The notes below the pieces were generated by a model, which was not told where the DNA came from, made no database searches, and saw only the letters and a list, made by a program, of their open reading frames with translations. The translations under genes were made by a program, and so were the position numbers. A DNA stretch of 64,000 nucleotides, taken from positions 50,570,895 to 50,634,894 of the forward strand of contig JARDVH010000106.1 of assembly GCA_030324005.1 (NCBI GenBank), in the 5' to 3' direction. The stretch is from Negaprion brevirostris (Eukaryota). This document shows, piece after piece, positions 49,468 to 62,821 of this stretch. How positions within the stretch are numbered: position 1 is the stretch's first letter; each line of letters starts with the position of its first letter.

Positions 49468-52202
49468 CTGTGAAGGCAAAAGAAAACAGCGATTGCCCAA
49501 ACTATTAAAATTAAAACAAATGCATGCGCTCAGATTGTTGACAGACAATACATGACGAAGATGCCTTTGTATAATATTGGCTGACATCGCAAATACCAGA
49601 CATATTACATTACTGCTGTACACTCTGAATTAGCAATTGTTGCATAAGATAATGCATCTTACATGTAGCAGTCAGGGCATCATCAGATAGCACAGATGAC
49701 ATAACCAACCCAGCAAGAACTAAAATCCCTGATGCTCATCCGTTTGCTGTAACCTAACTTTCCCAGAACTTTAAATGTAATGGAAGGGAAATCTTCAGTT
49801 GCTTTCTATGGAGAAAAGAATCCAGCACAAGATTCAACGAGAGCTCTACGAAAGAATCATTTTCCCAATAATGAAATCATTCTCAATTTTTCATAACAAA
49901 TATGATTGAAGAATAGATGATGCATTTTCAAAGTATCAAGAGATAACAAACAAACCAGAATGGATCCATAGGAAGCTGCACTCTGGGTGTATCTTCAAAA
50001 ATCCTCACTTTAAACATAACCATGAGTACACCAGCTTGGACAAGCAGAAAAATAGTATCAAAGATTGTTAAAAACTTTAGGGTGACTGAGAAGGGATTAT
50101 CAATAACATTCTATAGCCAGTCAAAACAAAAAAGCCTTAGTCTAATCTATCACTGGTTCCTAGACTTTGCACTAAAACTTCTTATAAAAGTAGCTATTCT
50201 TCTCTCTGGTCCACTATAAAGTGGAAGAAGTGCAGAAAACAACTTACCCACAGCCATATTTTTGTTATGCAAAAATTAAGGGTTAGAGGTAGATGCAGTT
50301 AAGATACTGCCAATATGTCTAATGTCAGAACAGGCTCATCGGGCCAAATAGCCTATTCTGAGTCCAATGTTCTAACAGGCACAATCAGCAAGGTCAGGCA
50401 AAAAAACTTCAACCAATTTGGATGAAATTGCCTGCAATCAATTTTTGTCTTATTAGCTTTGTTGCCTGCCTACTACTCCTTAAAATATCGTCAGGTTCAT
50501 CATCTTATCGGAGACATAAAAAGTTACTGCTTCCATACAATATTTTTCAAAGGAAAATGTTGAGGGACTAGTGCTGAAACAGACAGCTAAGTTTCAGCAC
50601 ACAAGCATTAACATTATAACTGCATAGAAATATCTAATGTGTAGAGTCAGAAACTAGATGGTTAGCCCTTAACCTACATATATAACCTTGCTGGCAGAAT
50701 ACAGTACAATTGTTCAATCTACTACCATCATTGTGGCCCTCTGACTTAAAAAGTTGGATTGCAGCAATAAATAAGTTGAGCAAAACATTGTTTAACCAAT
50801 TCCCAGCAGTTGGACTTCCTTGAAAAGGGATAGCTAATTTAAAAAAATAAAGCAAGAATTTACATACATAGGGTCCATGACATACAAGTGAAACCAATCA
50901 GCCCAGCCCAGCCAATCCATGTTGGTTTTTATGCACCAAAGCTTCCTCCTAAATTTTCTCATCTTAACTGATCATAATCATTTTCCCGTCACCCTTAAAA
51001 GTTCGCAAATGTACTGTCCTTTCCTGCTCCAGCCTACATGCAACTCCAGATCCACAGCATTGTGGTTAACACTTAAATGCCCTCAGGAATGGGCAATAAA
51101 AGCTGGCCCAGCCCAGCACGTGAAAGAATGGGGAAAAAAGCTTGTGAAAATACTCCCAGCATTTCTGAAGTGAGTGTTCTAGGATTTTGACCCATTGACC
51201 ACAAAAGATAATATACATCAAGCGGAAATAAAACAAATTGTCTCAAAGACAATGATAATTCCATGCATCTGATGCCACTTACCTCTTGTATGAAGTCAAA
51301 TTCATAAGACTATGTACCAATGTGTCTTAAACTGAAGTAAAATATTTAATATCTTGATGCAATATTTGACATTTTTTCAGGAGAAAAGATGTATTCATTG
51401 AACAAGAACTTGGGCCAGCACAGTGGTTGCACAGATACAACATTTGCAATACTCTCTACCAATCACTTCACAAAATTTAAGTAACTTTAAAGAGTCTAAT
51501 TAACTGTTCACCTTCAAACCCTCAATGCACTGCTGCACAAAAGGAAGATTTTACCCAATGTCAGGTTTCCAATTCCAGCTGCTGAATGTGGCCATTCACC
51601 ACCAAGTTTGACTGACTCATTGGCCAAATGACATTTCAGCTCAGTAAAGAAAAATCATAAATTTCTCTCAATATCAAAGTCGTTCAGAAAGCTGAAAAGG
51701 TTAAGAGTAAAGATTTTATTTTGATGCTTTCGTTCCTACACCTTTCAAATGTATAAACCATCAGAAAATTTGTTAAGTCTATCTGGAAAATGAATTATTT
51801 TTTAAAGAAGTTGCTGAAAACATGTCATATTGGATCCTAAAGTCTAAAAAGGACAACACCAACAAGTGCATGGTTTGTCAGAGAGGCAGAGGCAGAATAC
51901 AGAAGTTGGAGATTCTGGATGGTAATTCAAATCAGTTTAGTAGGAGCTTAAAATTAAATCACACAGAAAGGTTGGGTAGAANNNNNNNNNNNNNNNNNNN
52001 NNNNNNNNNNNNNNNNNNNNNNNNNNNNNNNNNNNNNNNNNNNNNNNNNNNNNNNNNNNNNNNNNNNNNNNNNNNNNNNNNNNNNNNNNNNNNNNNNNNN
52101 NNNNNNNNNNNNNNNNNNNNNNNNNNNNNNNNNNNNNNNNNNNNNNNNNNNNNNNNNNNNNNNNNNNNNNAAACAAACAGCATTTTAAAATAGTGTACTT
52201 AC

Positions 52203-52363
52203 TGTAGGTATTGATGTATTAGAGTTCACTCTCCTCAACCGTCGTTGCATTAAATCATATTCCATTTCATTAACCTCGGCCTTCAGCTTCTCCAGCTTTT
52301 GCTTTTCCAGGTTTAGCTCTTTTAATAATCGCTCCATTCGAGCTCTCTGATGGAGCAAAAGCG
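52203..52363 (-). CDS. TAB3: TAB3 coding exon, coiled-coil (TAK1-binding) part 1
   Basis: gtgtctttag|CG...ACA|gtaagt; 161 nt, phase 1 to 0. Reads (A)[53 protein letters not shown]. Confidence 0.96.
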
Positions 52364-53329
52364 CTAAAGACACATTGTAAAAATCAATCACTGAGCAGAA
52401 AAAATAATATCTTGTTCAGATGGACAAGTATTAAAACCATTATGCGGTATGGAAATAACTCTGATTAAGCCAACATTGAGCAGGTTAGATAAACCCAAGC
52501 TAAAATCTTTCCCATCAGTCTTCTCTTCTCCTCACAAACAGACGGGGAAAAAAACTAATTTCCCAAGGCAAATATGATTCTTCCGTCAGTGACTCAAACA
52601 TCCAGAATAAGTAGTACATCCAAGATGAGAATTTTCTTTGTACTTTTGGGATCATTATAAAAATACCTGTCTAGGGCTCACTATGCGCAGAGACAAGAAT
52701 TTATTTTCAGCAGATTAGTAATAACCCTCTTTACTGACAGTACAGATAACCATCAGCGTCACAAAGATGCAAAGACAGCAATTCTTGCCAATGAAGTCTA
52801 CAGTGGGTTTATAAAAATGATTAAGACTTATCCATTCCCAAAGCAATATACTACAAGCTATTAATACAGAATGTATGTGATAACAGTTTTAATTACAAGC
52901 CCAGAGGCATTGCACTCTGCTAAACACTTTACAATAATATTCCTGGAAATAGACCATACAACTGACTGTTCACTACAATTAAGTTAGCAAAATTATTAAA
53001 GCCGTTCAAAGTAATTTGCGATTTACAAAATGAAAACTTACATTTTAACACTAATCATCTAAATAGTCCCATTTCCTCAAAGCCCTGAAAATACTTTCCC
53101 TCTAAAAATGTATCAAATTTTGAATGCTCCTATTGAATATATGCTTTCTCCACACTTATCAGGGAGTACATGACAACGGTAACTGATTATTCCAGGCTGC
53201 TCTGCCACCACAAAACACACATGGCAGTGCACGTTGAGTACATATTACCCAGTGTGTTAAAAAAAGTTTCTGCATGTCACTTCTAATATATAACACAAAG
53301 CTCCAGTTTCCAAAAACACAATGATAGGG

Positions 53330-53670
53330 CTTTAACCTACAGTTTATTTTTCCTAGTTTTCAATGAAAATTTTATTAAAAAAGGGCTTCAAATTTTTCCA
53401 ATTTAACAGCAAGGCAAATTATTGCAATTTTCTAAAAGAGCTGTATGCCTCAATTTGGTAAAACTGGAAGAGATTTTATGCACTAAAATAGAACCATGGA
53501 TTGCTATGGGATCCTACGATATTTTGCTGACTTCTTATTGAAAATCTTTAGCATCAATATATCAGCAATTCTGAAACAAAATAATGCAATTATATAACCA
53601 AGATGTGGGTTAATAAACTGAGTTTTAATGATTCTAACTGGCATACAATTAGAAACAACTGCCCTTTTTT
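53330..53670 (+). repeat. Unclassified old interspersed repeat, copy B
   Basis: Colinear with 3968-4340; see findings. Confidence 0.8.
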
Positions 53671-53954
53671 GGTGATGTAGGATATGTGATTTTCAAGTGA
53701 AACATTTTGTTCTCTCACCAACTGGCTATTCCCGCTTAAACAGCTGTAACCTTAGGCTAAGTGCACTGCAGAAACTATTCCAACAACCTAAAAAAGAAAT
53801 CAAATTTATTCTACAGGAAAGTATTACTTACTTACTCATAACTTCACCACTTAGAGTTGACAGCTTCCCTCATCAAGTGGAACGTTCAATTGCTCAGGGG
53901 TGACACAGGAAGCAATGATTTTAAAAGAGCGTGGATGAAGTGAGGTGCTCAATG

Positions 53955-54225
53955 TTCAATGCAAAGTTTATTTATTAGTATCACAATTAGGTTTACAGTA
54001 ACACTGCAATGAAGTTACTGTGAAAATCCCCTAATCACCACATTCCGGTGACACTGATGGCCAATGCACCTAACCAGCATGTCTTTTGGACTGTGGGAGG
54101 AAATCAGAGCACCTGGAGGAAACCCACGCAGGCACGGGAAGAAACGTGCAGACACCGCACAGTGACCCGAGCCAGGAACTGAACATGGGTCCCTGGCTGT
54201 GAGGCAGCAGTACTAACCATGCCAC
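53955..54225 (-). mobile_element. V-SINE, actaataaa-tail subfamily
   Basis: Reverse complement of the 21641 copy: aaagtttatttattagtatcac...gagcacctggaggaaacccacgca...tgaggcagcagtactaacc. Confidence 0.85.
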
Positions 54226-55205
54226 CCCCAGAATTTTATAGCTACAATCTTGCTTCAGTGGAATACAGGCTGAAATCAGGGGGTCAGACTAAAGCAGAAC
54301 ACAAGACAGGGAATAGGAAGAGACTCTGGTCAAGAAAACCCATCCTTCCAAACCATACACATTTCCTTCAATTTTTGAGCTTTTTTTGGCTTTTAAGTGC
54401 AAGCACAGGCAAACAATCTTTGTTCAAAATGATTCACATTCATTTAAAATAATTAACCTAGATCTTTGCTCAATCTTCAACGAAAACAAGTTGAATTTGG
54501 CTGTCTTTTATGAAGTCCTAGAATAACCCTTGCTTACTTTCTCTGATCTCTCCAATGTATTAATTTCCTTTTGAATGGGGAGGGTTGGGTTCCAATCTTG
54601 CTTTGCAGGTGTTAAAATTATGCATTTCAACATAATTCAAATGTTTATCCAATGGTCAAGCTGAAAGAACTTAAACTAAAACCAGTTGACAAAGTTAGAT
54701 TGAAAATGTTGGAGATAATCTTAGGCATCCTCTCTCCAAAAACACACCTGACAGCTATTAAGTAAAGATGTCAAGGACATGGAGCAAAGGCAAATAAATG
54801 GAGTTACAGTACAGAGTTGGCTCACGGTGCTGAAATGGCCTACTGTTCATTTTCATGCACAAATTTAGGTAACTTCTACAGCAGTTTAGACATTGCATGA
54901 ATGCAAACTACTCATTGTTTAAGTTCAGGGTCCAAACTAATTTTTAGAAGGGCAATTTAACATTTTTTCCTTGCACAAAGTGGAGAAATAAATCTGTCTA
55001 CAGCAAGCTTATGAATTTTTTTCCTAATTTAGAATAAGAGGAACTTATCAAGACTGATCGTGGCAGCGCATATCCAATAAATTTTAAACTGTCTTGCCTT
55101 ATCTCTCATATATGCAGTAAACTGCACAAGACACAACAATATTTAACTTGTGCTCTTGCAATACAATGTATAAAAATACCAAAATCTTAAGATAGCATAC
55201 TATAC

Positions 55206-56718
55206 CTTGAGTGTAAGCATAGTCATCTGATCCTGAACTCGACTTTCGCCGCTGCTCTTCATTTCGTTTGACACTAGATCCCGTTACTGCTGATATTGGT
55301 TGTATAGGTTCTGGGGCTCCAGGATGCTCTCCATGGCAATCAACTAAATTCAAGATACTCCCAGGGTCAAAAGTAGGTGATGCCACACCTCGTGAAATTG
55401 AAGGGGGCCTGTTTGGGGAAACTGTAATTTTGAAGGTGTATTTAGTATTTGGCTGAGTTACAACCACACGAGGAGAGTTCACTTGGTTACTGCCAGCAGT
55501 TGTGGACCTAGGTCGTGATGGTTGATGGTGAATATACGTTGGTGGTACACTATACACTGGCTGTGGCTGAACAACACTCATTTGTCCCGACATTCCTCTT
55601 GACGGTGAGCTGGAAGGTGAATTGGTAGCAATATAAAGCGTAGGCTGACTCCGTAAAGCAGGTTGACTGCTTACAGGGGATGAACTTCTTGTAATGCTGG
55701 CACCAGATCGTTGGGGTGTTTCCAATTTGATTTCTATCTGGTTTTTCATAGGACCTTTAGATAATCCAGACACAGAATAAGGGATGTAGGACAATGATTG
55801 ACTGCTTTGTTGTGGATAATTCTGTGGAGGCTGGTACGGGAGGTGTGTCATTGTAGGAGAACTAATAGGCATGAAGACATGGGAAGTCTGATGACCTTGT
55901 TGGCTGGTTTGTACCTGATGCTGTGGAGAACTGTAAGGTGAGCTGAACTGTGATGGGGGCGGCGATCGAAATGCTTGCTGAGGAAGCTGAGGCTGTTTGG
56001 GAGAATACTGAGAAGGCTGATAGGTCTGCTGCGGCTGATAAACTGGCGGAGGATGATGATTATACTGTGGAAGAGGGCACTGGCTTGAAGTCCAAGCTGT
56101 GTTCTGAGGAGTCTGTCGTCCAGATGCTGGCCTAATGTAAATAGAATTACCAATCCCATAGGGAGTATTCTGCATCTGTGATGGACCACCATGTATGTGC
56201 AAAGCAGTAGGAGCAGTCTGACCAGATGGCACATTCTGTGACAAGGTTACGGTAATAGGGTTCATGGTGTACCGAGGTATGGGCTGATATGTTGGAGAAA
56301 CACCTTGCATAGGTGATGCGTTCATGCTTGGTTGAAGGGAAGTCGGCTGTTGAGATGGTGGGGGAGGCGTACCTGTATTTCGTCCCTGGTCACTTACAAA
56401 GAAAGGATTGTAGCCAGATGGATTGGCTACAATTGCAGGGGCAGAATGTGGCTCCTGTATAAGTCGCACAAGTTGTTTACCACCTCCACGTTGAGGGTCA
56501 ATATGGCCATCACTTGTGCTATGGACCAGCGTTCGACCACCATTGATTTGACTCCCATCCCCTGCCTGGTATGTTGCTGGAGGCTGGATACCCAGATTAA
56601 TCTGCAGCATATGGTTCCTGCTCATTCTGGCATCATCGGGGCTGTGGAACTCCCCATAAAGATATTTGCTGCTTTCTTGGGCAAGGGCCAAACAACAGGC
56701 TTCCAGATTACTGTTATT
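55206..56718 (-). CDS. TAB3: TAB3 large coding exon (C-terminal half of CUE domain + Pro/Ser/Gln-rich region)
   Basis: Acceptor ttttcaattaag|AAT at 56718 and donor CAAG|gtatag at 55206; 1513 nt, phase 0 to 1. Reads NNSNLEACCLALAQESSKYLYGEFHSPDD...GGRTLVHSTSDGHIDPQ...QEPHSAPA...SSSGSDDYAYTQ, matching vertebrate TAB3 as recalled (NNNNLEACCRALSQESSKYLY...SSSGSDDYAYTQ). Overlaps ORF 55099..56691. Confidence 0.96.
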
Positions 56719-57844
56719 CTTAATTGAAAAAGAAATATAAAAAAAAATGTTGAGTCATTACAATATTATTGCAGCTCACATTGCAACCTGTGGACAGTTT
56801 CAAACATGCATATGAATTTTAATACGAATCCAATGTACTAGAGAAAAATATTTATCCAACAATGTAATAAGGCTTAAAATCACTGGTGTTTTAAAAATAC
56901 AATACAATGTTATGATGGTGAAGAGCTATTCTTTTTGGCAAAGTAACAGGGAAGAATTGGGTATTGTGAAAAGAGAAGTTGGCTTGTGACAATACATTCT
57001 CAACAGCCTAGCGATTTGAAGGCAGTACAGATTAAGCATGAAAAAAAAAGCGCACAAGTAGCATGTGAAAACATATGTTAGGAAAAATCAAGTGGGCTGG
57101 AAGAGGATGGAAAATTGTTTGCTGTTGGAAGATACGTATCAAATGAAACTGAAGGACTCATCCCAATCTTTGGTGGGGTAATCTTAAATCCCAGTTTACC
57201 AATACGCAAAGAATGCAAATGAAGTCCCATCATTTGTGGGGGTTAAATTCCCGCAAAATTTTGCAGATCACAAAATCACAAATGATGAACATACTTCACA
57301 ACTGAAGTCTGAGATAAGTTCCAACCATTCTAAAATTTGATATACATAAAGGATCAAAGGCAATAAAAACTGTTTAAAGGGGAATTTACTGAATAAGTTG
57401 TCTAATTAAAAACAAATTCTCACACTTAGAGAATGGAGGTGCACTGTAATCAAGAATTAAATCACAAGGAACACCATATGCAAACAGTGGCAGATGATAT
57501 ATGCACCATGTGCACTTCCTATTGCAGGAAACATGTCATGGACAACTTTCTTCTTTAAAAAAACATTTAGGCATTCGGCATTTTCTAAAGATGGCCTATT
57601 TTTCATTTTTAATGCAGTGGATAAGTGAACATTTTGGCCCACAATGGGTGAATGTATGCAAATCAAAATATACTTTCACTCAAATTACATTAACATTGTA
57701 ATTCGTGAACCTTCTGCACTTCTTAAACTTTCTTTTTCTAAAGGTTGAGTTCAAGGAAAACAAATGACAGCTAACCTTTATGCCTTTGATACTAACAGTG
57801 AATACTACTTATATTCACTGATATGAATCGGTGTACCACAGAGC

Positions 57845-58195
57845 ACAAGGAAGAGAAGGAGTAGGCCCTTCAAGCCTGCCCCGCCATTCAATACGATCAT
57901 GCCAGCTTCAACTCTTTTTTTGTGCCATTTCCCCACAGCCCTCTAATCCTCAATCTACCAAATATTTATCCAACTCTATTTTAAATACTTCTAATGATCC
58001 AGCCTCCACCACCCTTTGGGGTAGAGAATTCCACAGATTCACCACCCTCTGAGAAGGGATTTCTACACAGCTCAGTTTTAAATGACCAGCCCTTTATCTT
58101 GTAGCTATGTCCTCTTGTTTGAGCCTCTCCCACTGGTGAAAACATTGCACCATCTACCCTGTCAAGCCCCCTGAGAACCTTTATATTTGAATAAG
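57845..58195 (-). mobile_element. CR1 3' end
   Basis: KVLRGLDRVDG..GEAQTRGHSYKIKG; gggtagagaattccacagattcaccaccctctgag. Confidence 0.8.
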
Positions 58196-60589
58196 GTTCT
58201 AGGCAGGGGCCATCACAAGTCAAGAACTATCTCAATATGCACTTTACAAAATGAGTTCACTCAACAGTAATGAGTACCAATTACCCTGAACATTTTCTTC
58301 AGTCTTACCAAGTTAGGAATCAAATCTGGAACCTCAAATCAGTACAATTCAAGTACCTTACCCTTGCAAAGGGATGAAACACTAGGTCATAGCTTCTCAA
58401 AAAGATCCAATATAAATCTTGAACTATAACTGTATTAAACAATGCAAAGTTCAATGCTAGCCTGTAAATCATAACAACAATGTTTCAGTTCCAATCAAAA
58501 ACATGTAAGTTGATATTCTGGTGTACAAAACAATTACAAATCATTTTCTGTTACCATTTAGCAAATCAAAATGTGTATCCCCATACTGCATCACTGGTAC
58601 AATATAATATTTCAGGATGCAAAATTTGGGCTATGGTAGTGAGAAGTCTATATAGGTGATTCAATGAAATTGAATAAAATCTAGACAACGCAGAGTTTTA
58701 GCATCTCAGATCTAGATTTCATTATTGCAGAATGATTGATCAGCAAAATCAATACAGAGGGAAATAGTAAGAAGTTTATTTGAAAATAAGAGTGTGGACG
58801 ACTTTTGTTCAAACCTGAAAAGTGATTCCACTGCACAAATTACACACCATTCTGCAAGAAACTGAAGGTTTTCCCTCAGAATATTTGGGTGTGAAATTAG
58901 AAAACAACACATTGGTGCAGTATTTACACTTACTTAAGGCTGAAGTTTATTTAGTAGGGGGATTTTAAAACTCAACCTGGCCAAAGCTGTGCTAGCCAGA
59001 GATATTTAATGCTGCAAAAAGCAAAATAAATTTAATCTCTCCAAATACTAGAGTTCTTCATATCAAAATCAGTACAATATTCCCTCTTCCCCCACAGGAG
59101 GGCACAATAAACTACACACCACATATATATGCATATTCTGCTACGTGAGAGATCAGTCAGAATGAACTTCCGTAACATATGATCAACGGTACAATCTCCC
59201 ACATTAATCCTGTGAAACTTCCTAGTAATCAGAAACACTCAATAATGTAATTTGGCCAACCTTCAAACACAACATTTATGTTTTTGATATACAACACTGC
59301 ATTTGTTCAAAACGTCTGAAAAATCCTAATGAATACATCTACAGGATTATATCTTAGTTATTAATTGTAGCCTTCTTATTGCACAGACTACAGTTCTGCA
59401 ATCGTACAATATACTCCCCCATACAAACCATTTTCTCGTAGCTAGGTGTCACTAAATTCAAATATTTTCAAATTCAATGACAGCAACAAAAAGTGCTTTG
59501 TCTAGTATCAGTGTCTTGTAATAGCAATGCTAGCATGGATTTTAGCCCCGAGAGGCATTCCTGCGATGGGTAGAAGAGGGGTGGCCTCGCTGCTTTGAGA
59601 TCAGGAAATCCAGAATAGATTTCCCTAAATATCCAGCAATTTTTAATTCCAGGACATCTTAAAATTCTTTTTCTTCACCTGCAGGCAGCCTGAATGACTG
59701 GCTACAGATCAGTCAGGAGATGGAAGTCGATAGTACAAGGCCACAACGGAGAAGAGCAGGAAGTTCTTGTGGTGGTTGTTTGGGGCAGGAATGGGATCAC
59801 ATGCAATCATTGGTGGGGGAAGCATGTTAATTTACTGGTAAGCTTATTGGACCTGAAGGAAATATTCCTCCTCTTGGCCCACAAGCAGTGCTACAGATGT
59901 AATTATCTCAAATTCAGTCCTTCTCATTCTCTTTTGTTCTCTATGCTTACTTACCCCTGGAGAACCTAACCAATGAGAGTCAAAAATAGTGTCATTATTA
60001 AAATGAAGGTATGCTGCTTCTTATAATGTTTGAATGTTAGACCCATGTTACTTCTTGTGAGCAGATTAATTGCTTGTCCCTCCCCTCATCCCATCTCCAT
60101 GAAAACCAAGTGTGGGGGGGTTGGGGGGGTTAAGATTCAGTCCATTATTCTCAAATTAAGTATCCAACAAACCAAAAAAATTATGTGCTTACAGTTACTG
60201 CTATTACACTGTGACTTGCAGATTTTTTTTTAAGGCGATGTACACAATTTCGTAATTTGTTTATAAAGCTTATTTTAATATATGTTCAGTATGCTGTGGG
60301 GTACCTAGATGCAATAATAAAGTCCAAGATCAGAACAGGCAATTGGAATCAACTGAAGTTTATTCTACGAATGAATCCAACTATATCTGAACTCCAGTTC
60401 CACTTCCTCCAATGTTGCATCTGGAAATTGCCCAAACCGAAATAGCTCCGAAAGTATATTTTTCCCATTCATGTACTCTGCTCCGCTTTTGCGTTATCAC
60501 CTGGGATACCTTACCTGCACTGTTCAATTTTTAATAAACTTGGAAAAAAAGTTCCCATTTAATTGTCTTATCATCAGCCTGTATGATGA

Positions 60590-60872
60590 TAATGCGCGGA
60601 GGGTGTGGAAAGTCTGCACAGGGATCTGGATAGGCTGAGCACACGGGCGAGGACCTGGCAGATGGAGTATAATGTTAGCAAGTGTGAGGTTATCCACTTT
60701 GGCAGAAATAATAGTAGGAGNNNNNNNNNNNNNNNNNNNNNNNNNNNNNNNNNNNNNNNNNNNNNNNNNNNNNNNNNNNNNNNNNNNNNNNNNNNNNNNN
60801 NNNNNNNNNNNNNNNNNNNNCAGGCTCGAAGGGCTAGATGGCCTACTCCTGCTCCTATTTCTTATCTTCTTA
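60590..60872 (+). mobile_element. Young CR1 (gapped)
   Basis: ESLHRDLDRLSTRARTWQMEYNVSKCEVIHFGRNN, then gap, then 3' tail. Confidence 0.85.
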
Positions 60873-61319
60873 ATGTTTTTTCAACTTATATTTATAAGTA
60901 ATTCCCTTACAATATCCTCCCTAATACATGGTAATATTTGCAAAAGCTAGAAGCAACATTCTAAGACTGATCTTGCCAGTGCATTGGAAAACGTTGGAGT
61001 AGCGTTTACTGGCTTGTATTCTACTGTTCTTGTTATATCTCTTGTGTATTGGAGACATGACCCATGGTAAAGCCTTTGGTTAAAAACAAATGGAGCTTTA
61101 TTAATGATGTGAGATCTCTTCCACGGCTATTTCTATTCTTGGTTTGCTGCACTAGGTTTATCACATCACTTCCGGTGCTTAGAGCATCTTTTTAAACTTC
61201 TTTTGACAGCCTATGTCCAAACATGAACAAAAAGGGCTGAATTAGTAAGGTGAGGGTGACTGTCAAATACGGCCTTGATATCAAGGGCAGAGTGTGAAAG
61301 TAGCACTAGCAAAACTGGA

Positions 61320-62290
61320 ATCAATAGGATTCACTGCAAAAACTCTTTGCTGGTTGGAGTCATACCCAACACAAAGGAAGATAATTGCAATTATTGAAGA
61401 TTAATTATCTCAATCTGAGGGCATCACTGCAGGAATTCCACACGGNNNNNNNNNNNNNNNNNNNNNNNNNNNNNNNNNNNNNNNNNNNNNNNNNNNNNNN
61501 NNNNNNNNNNNNNNNNNNNNNNNNNNNNNNNNNNNNNNNNNNNNNTAAACGACACCCACCAGCGTCTTCCTCCCTTTGCTGCTCCTAATCTCCACCCACA
61601 ACAATCTGCCACTATCATCACTGACCATAAACCAAACTGGACTGGCCATATAAATACTGCGACTATAAGAGCAAATCAGAGGCTCGGAATCTGTGGCAAG
61701 TAACTCAACTCTTGACTTTTCAAAACCTGTCCACCATCTAAAAAACACAAGTCAGCACTGAGATGCAAACAGTCTCCACATGATTCCACAAGTAGCTCAA
61801 ACAACACAAAAGGCTTGATCCCATCCAGGATCAAGCAGCCTGCTTGACAGGTACACCACCCACAAACATTCAATCCCTCCACTACCACCATAGTACCATC
61901 TACCAAATGCACTGCAGCAACTGTCCAAGGCCCCTTCTCCAGCAACTTCCAAACCTGCAACCTTTACCACCTGGAAGAACTAGAACAGTAGACACATGGG
62001 AATTCCACAACCTTCAAGTTCCCCAAGTCACATATCATCCTGACTTGCAACAATATCGCTGTTCCTTCACTGTCGCTGGGTCAAGATTCTAGAATGCCTA
62101 CCTAAACAGGACTGTGGGAATACCTATACCACGTGGATTGCTGTGTCAATATCCTGGAATGCCCTCCCCAATAGTACTATGGGTCTACCTACACCACACA
62201 GATTGCAGCGAATCAAGACGAAAGCTCACCATCTTCTTGAGGGCAATTAGGGATGGGTATTAAATCTGGGCTGAGCCAGTGATGCCTATG
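61320..62290 (+). mobile_element. CR1/L2-group LINE 3' fragment
   Basis: catcactgcaggaattccacacgg (ITAGIPHG), ORF NIQSLHYHHSTIYQMHCSN, tail gggcaattagggatggg..taaatctgggc and an A-run. Confidence 0.7.
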
Positions 62291-62821
62291 TTCCATCAAC
62301 GAATCGGGGGAAAAAAAAAATTATTTCTTCAAGTCCCTTTCTTAGTATCTTTTGCCAATTTAGTTTCATTCACTGCAAACTTATGACTCACATTTTTAAC
62401 TAATGTGCAACATTCAAGTTTAATTAATTCAATTGTCAGTCTGCATGTCTTATCACCTTAACTATTTAAATGCTAGAATCCACTATTAAGGAGATAATAA
62501 TAGAGATGATAGCAGGGTATTTTTTTAAAAATGATACATTGAGTCAGCATTGTCTTTTGGAAAAGAAATTCTGTTGGATAAATTTGAGTTCTTTGATGTA
62601 ACAAGCAGTATGAATAAAAGGCAACTAGTAGCTGCACTGCATTTGGATTTCCAAAAGGAATTTTGGAATGCGTAACATAGAAGGTTATTACACAAGATAG
62701 GGGCTTAGTTTCAGAGAAAATATAATAGCATAAATAGAGGACTAGCTAATTAAGAGGAAACAAAGGCGTGATAAATAGGGGGTAATTTTCCAGGATGGTA
62801 AAATGTATCTCGTGAAGTGAA

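Noticed and set aside
55099-56691. 530-aa ORF as a single-exon gene
   Set aside because: The start is a TTG inside the exon, and the last ~35 aa (IVCYLKIL...) are intron read-through past the GT donor at 55205.
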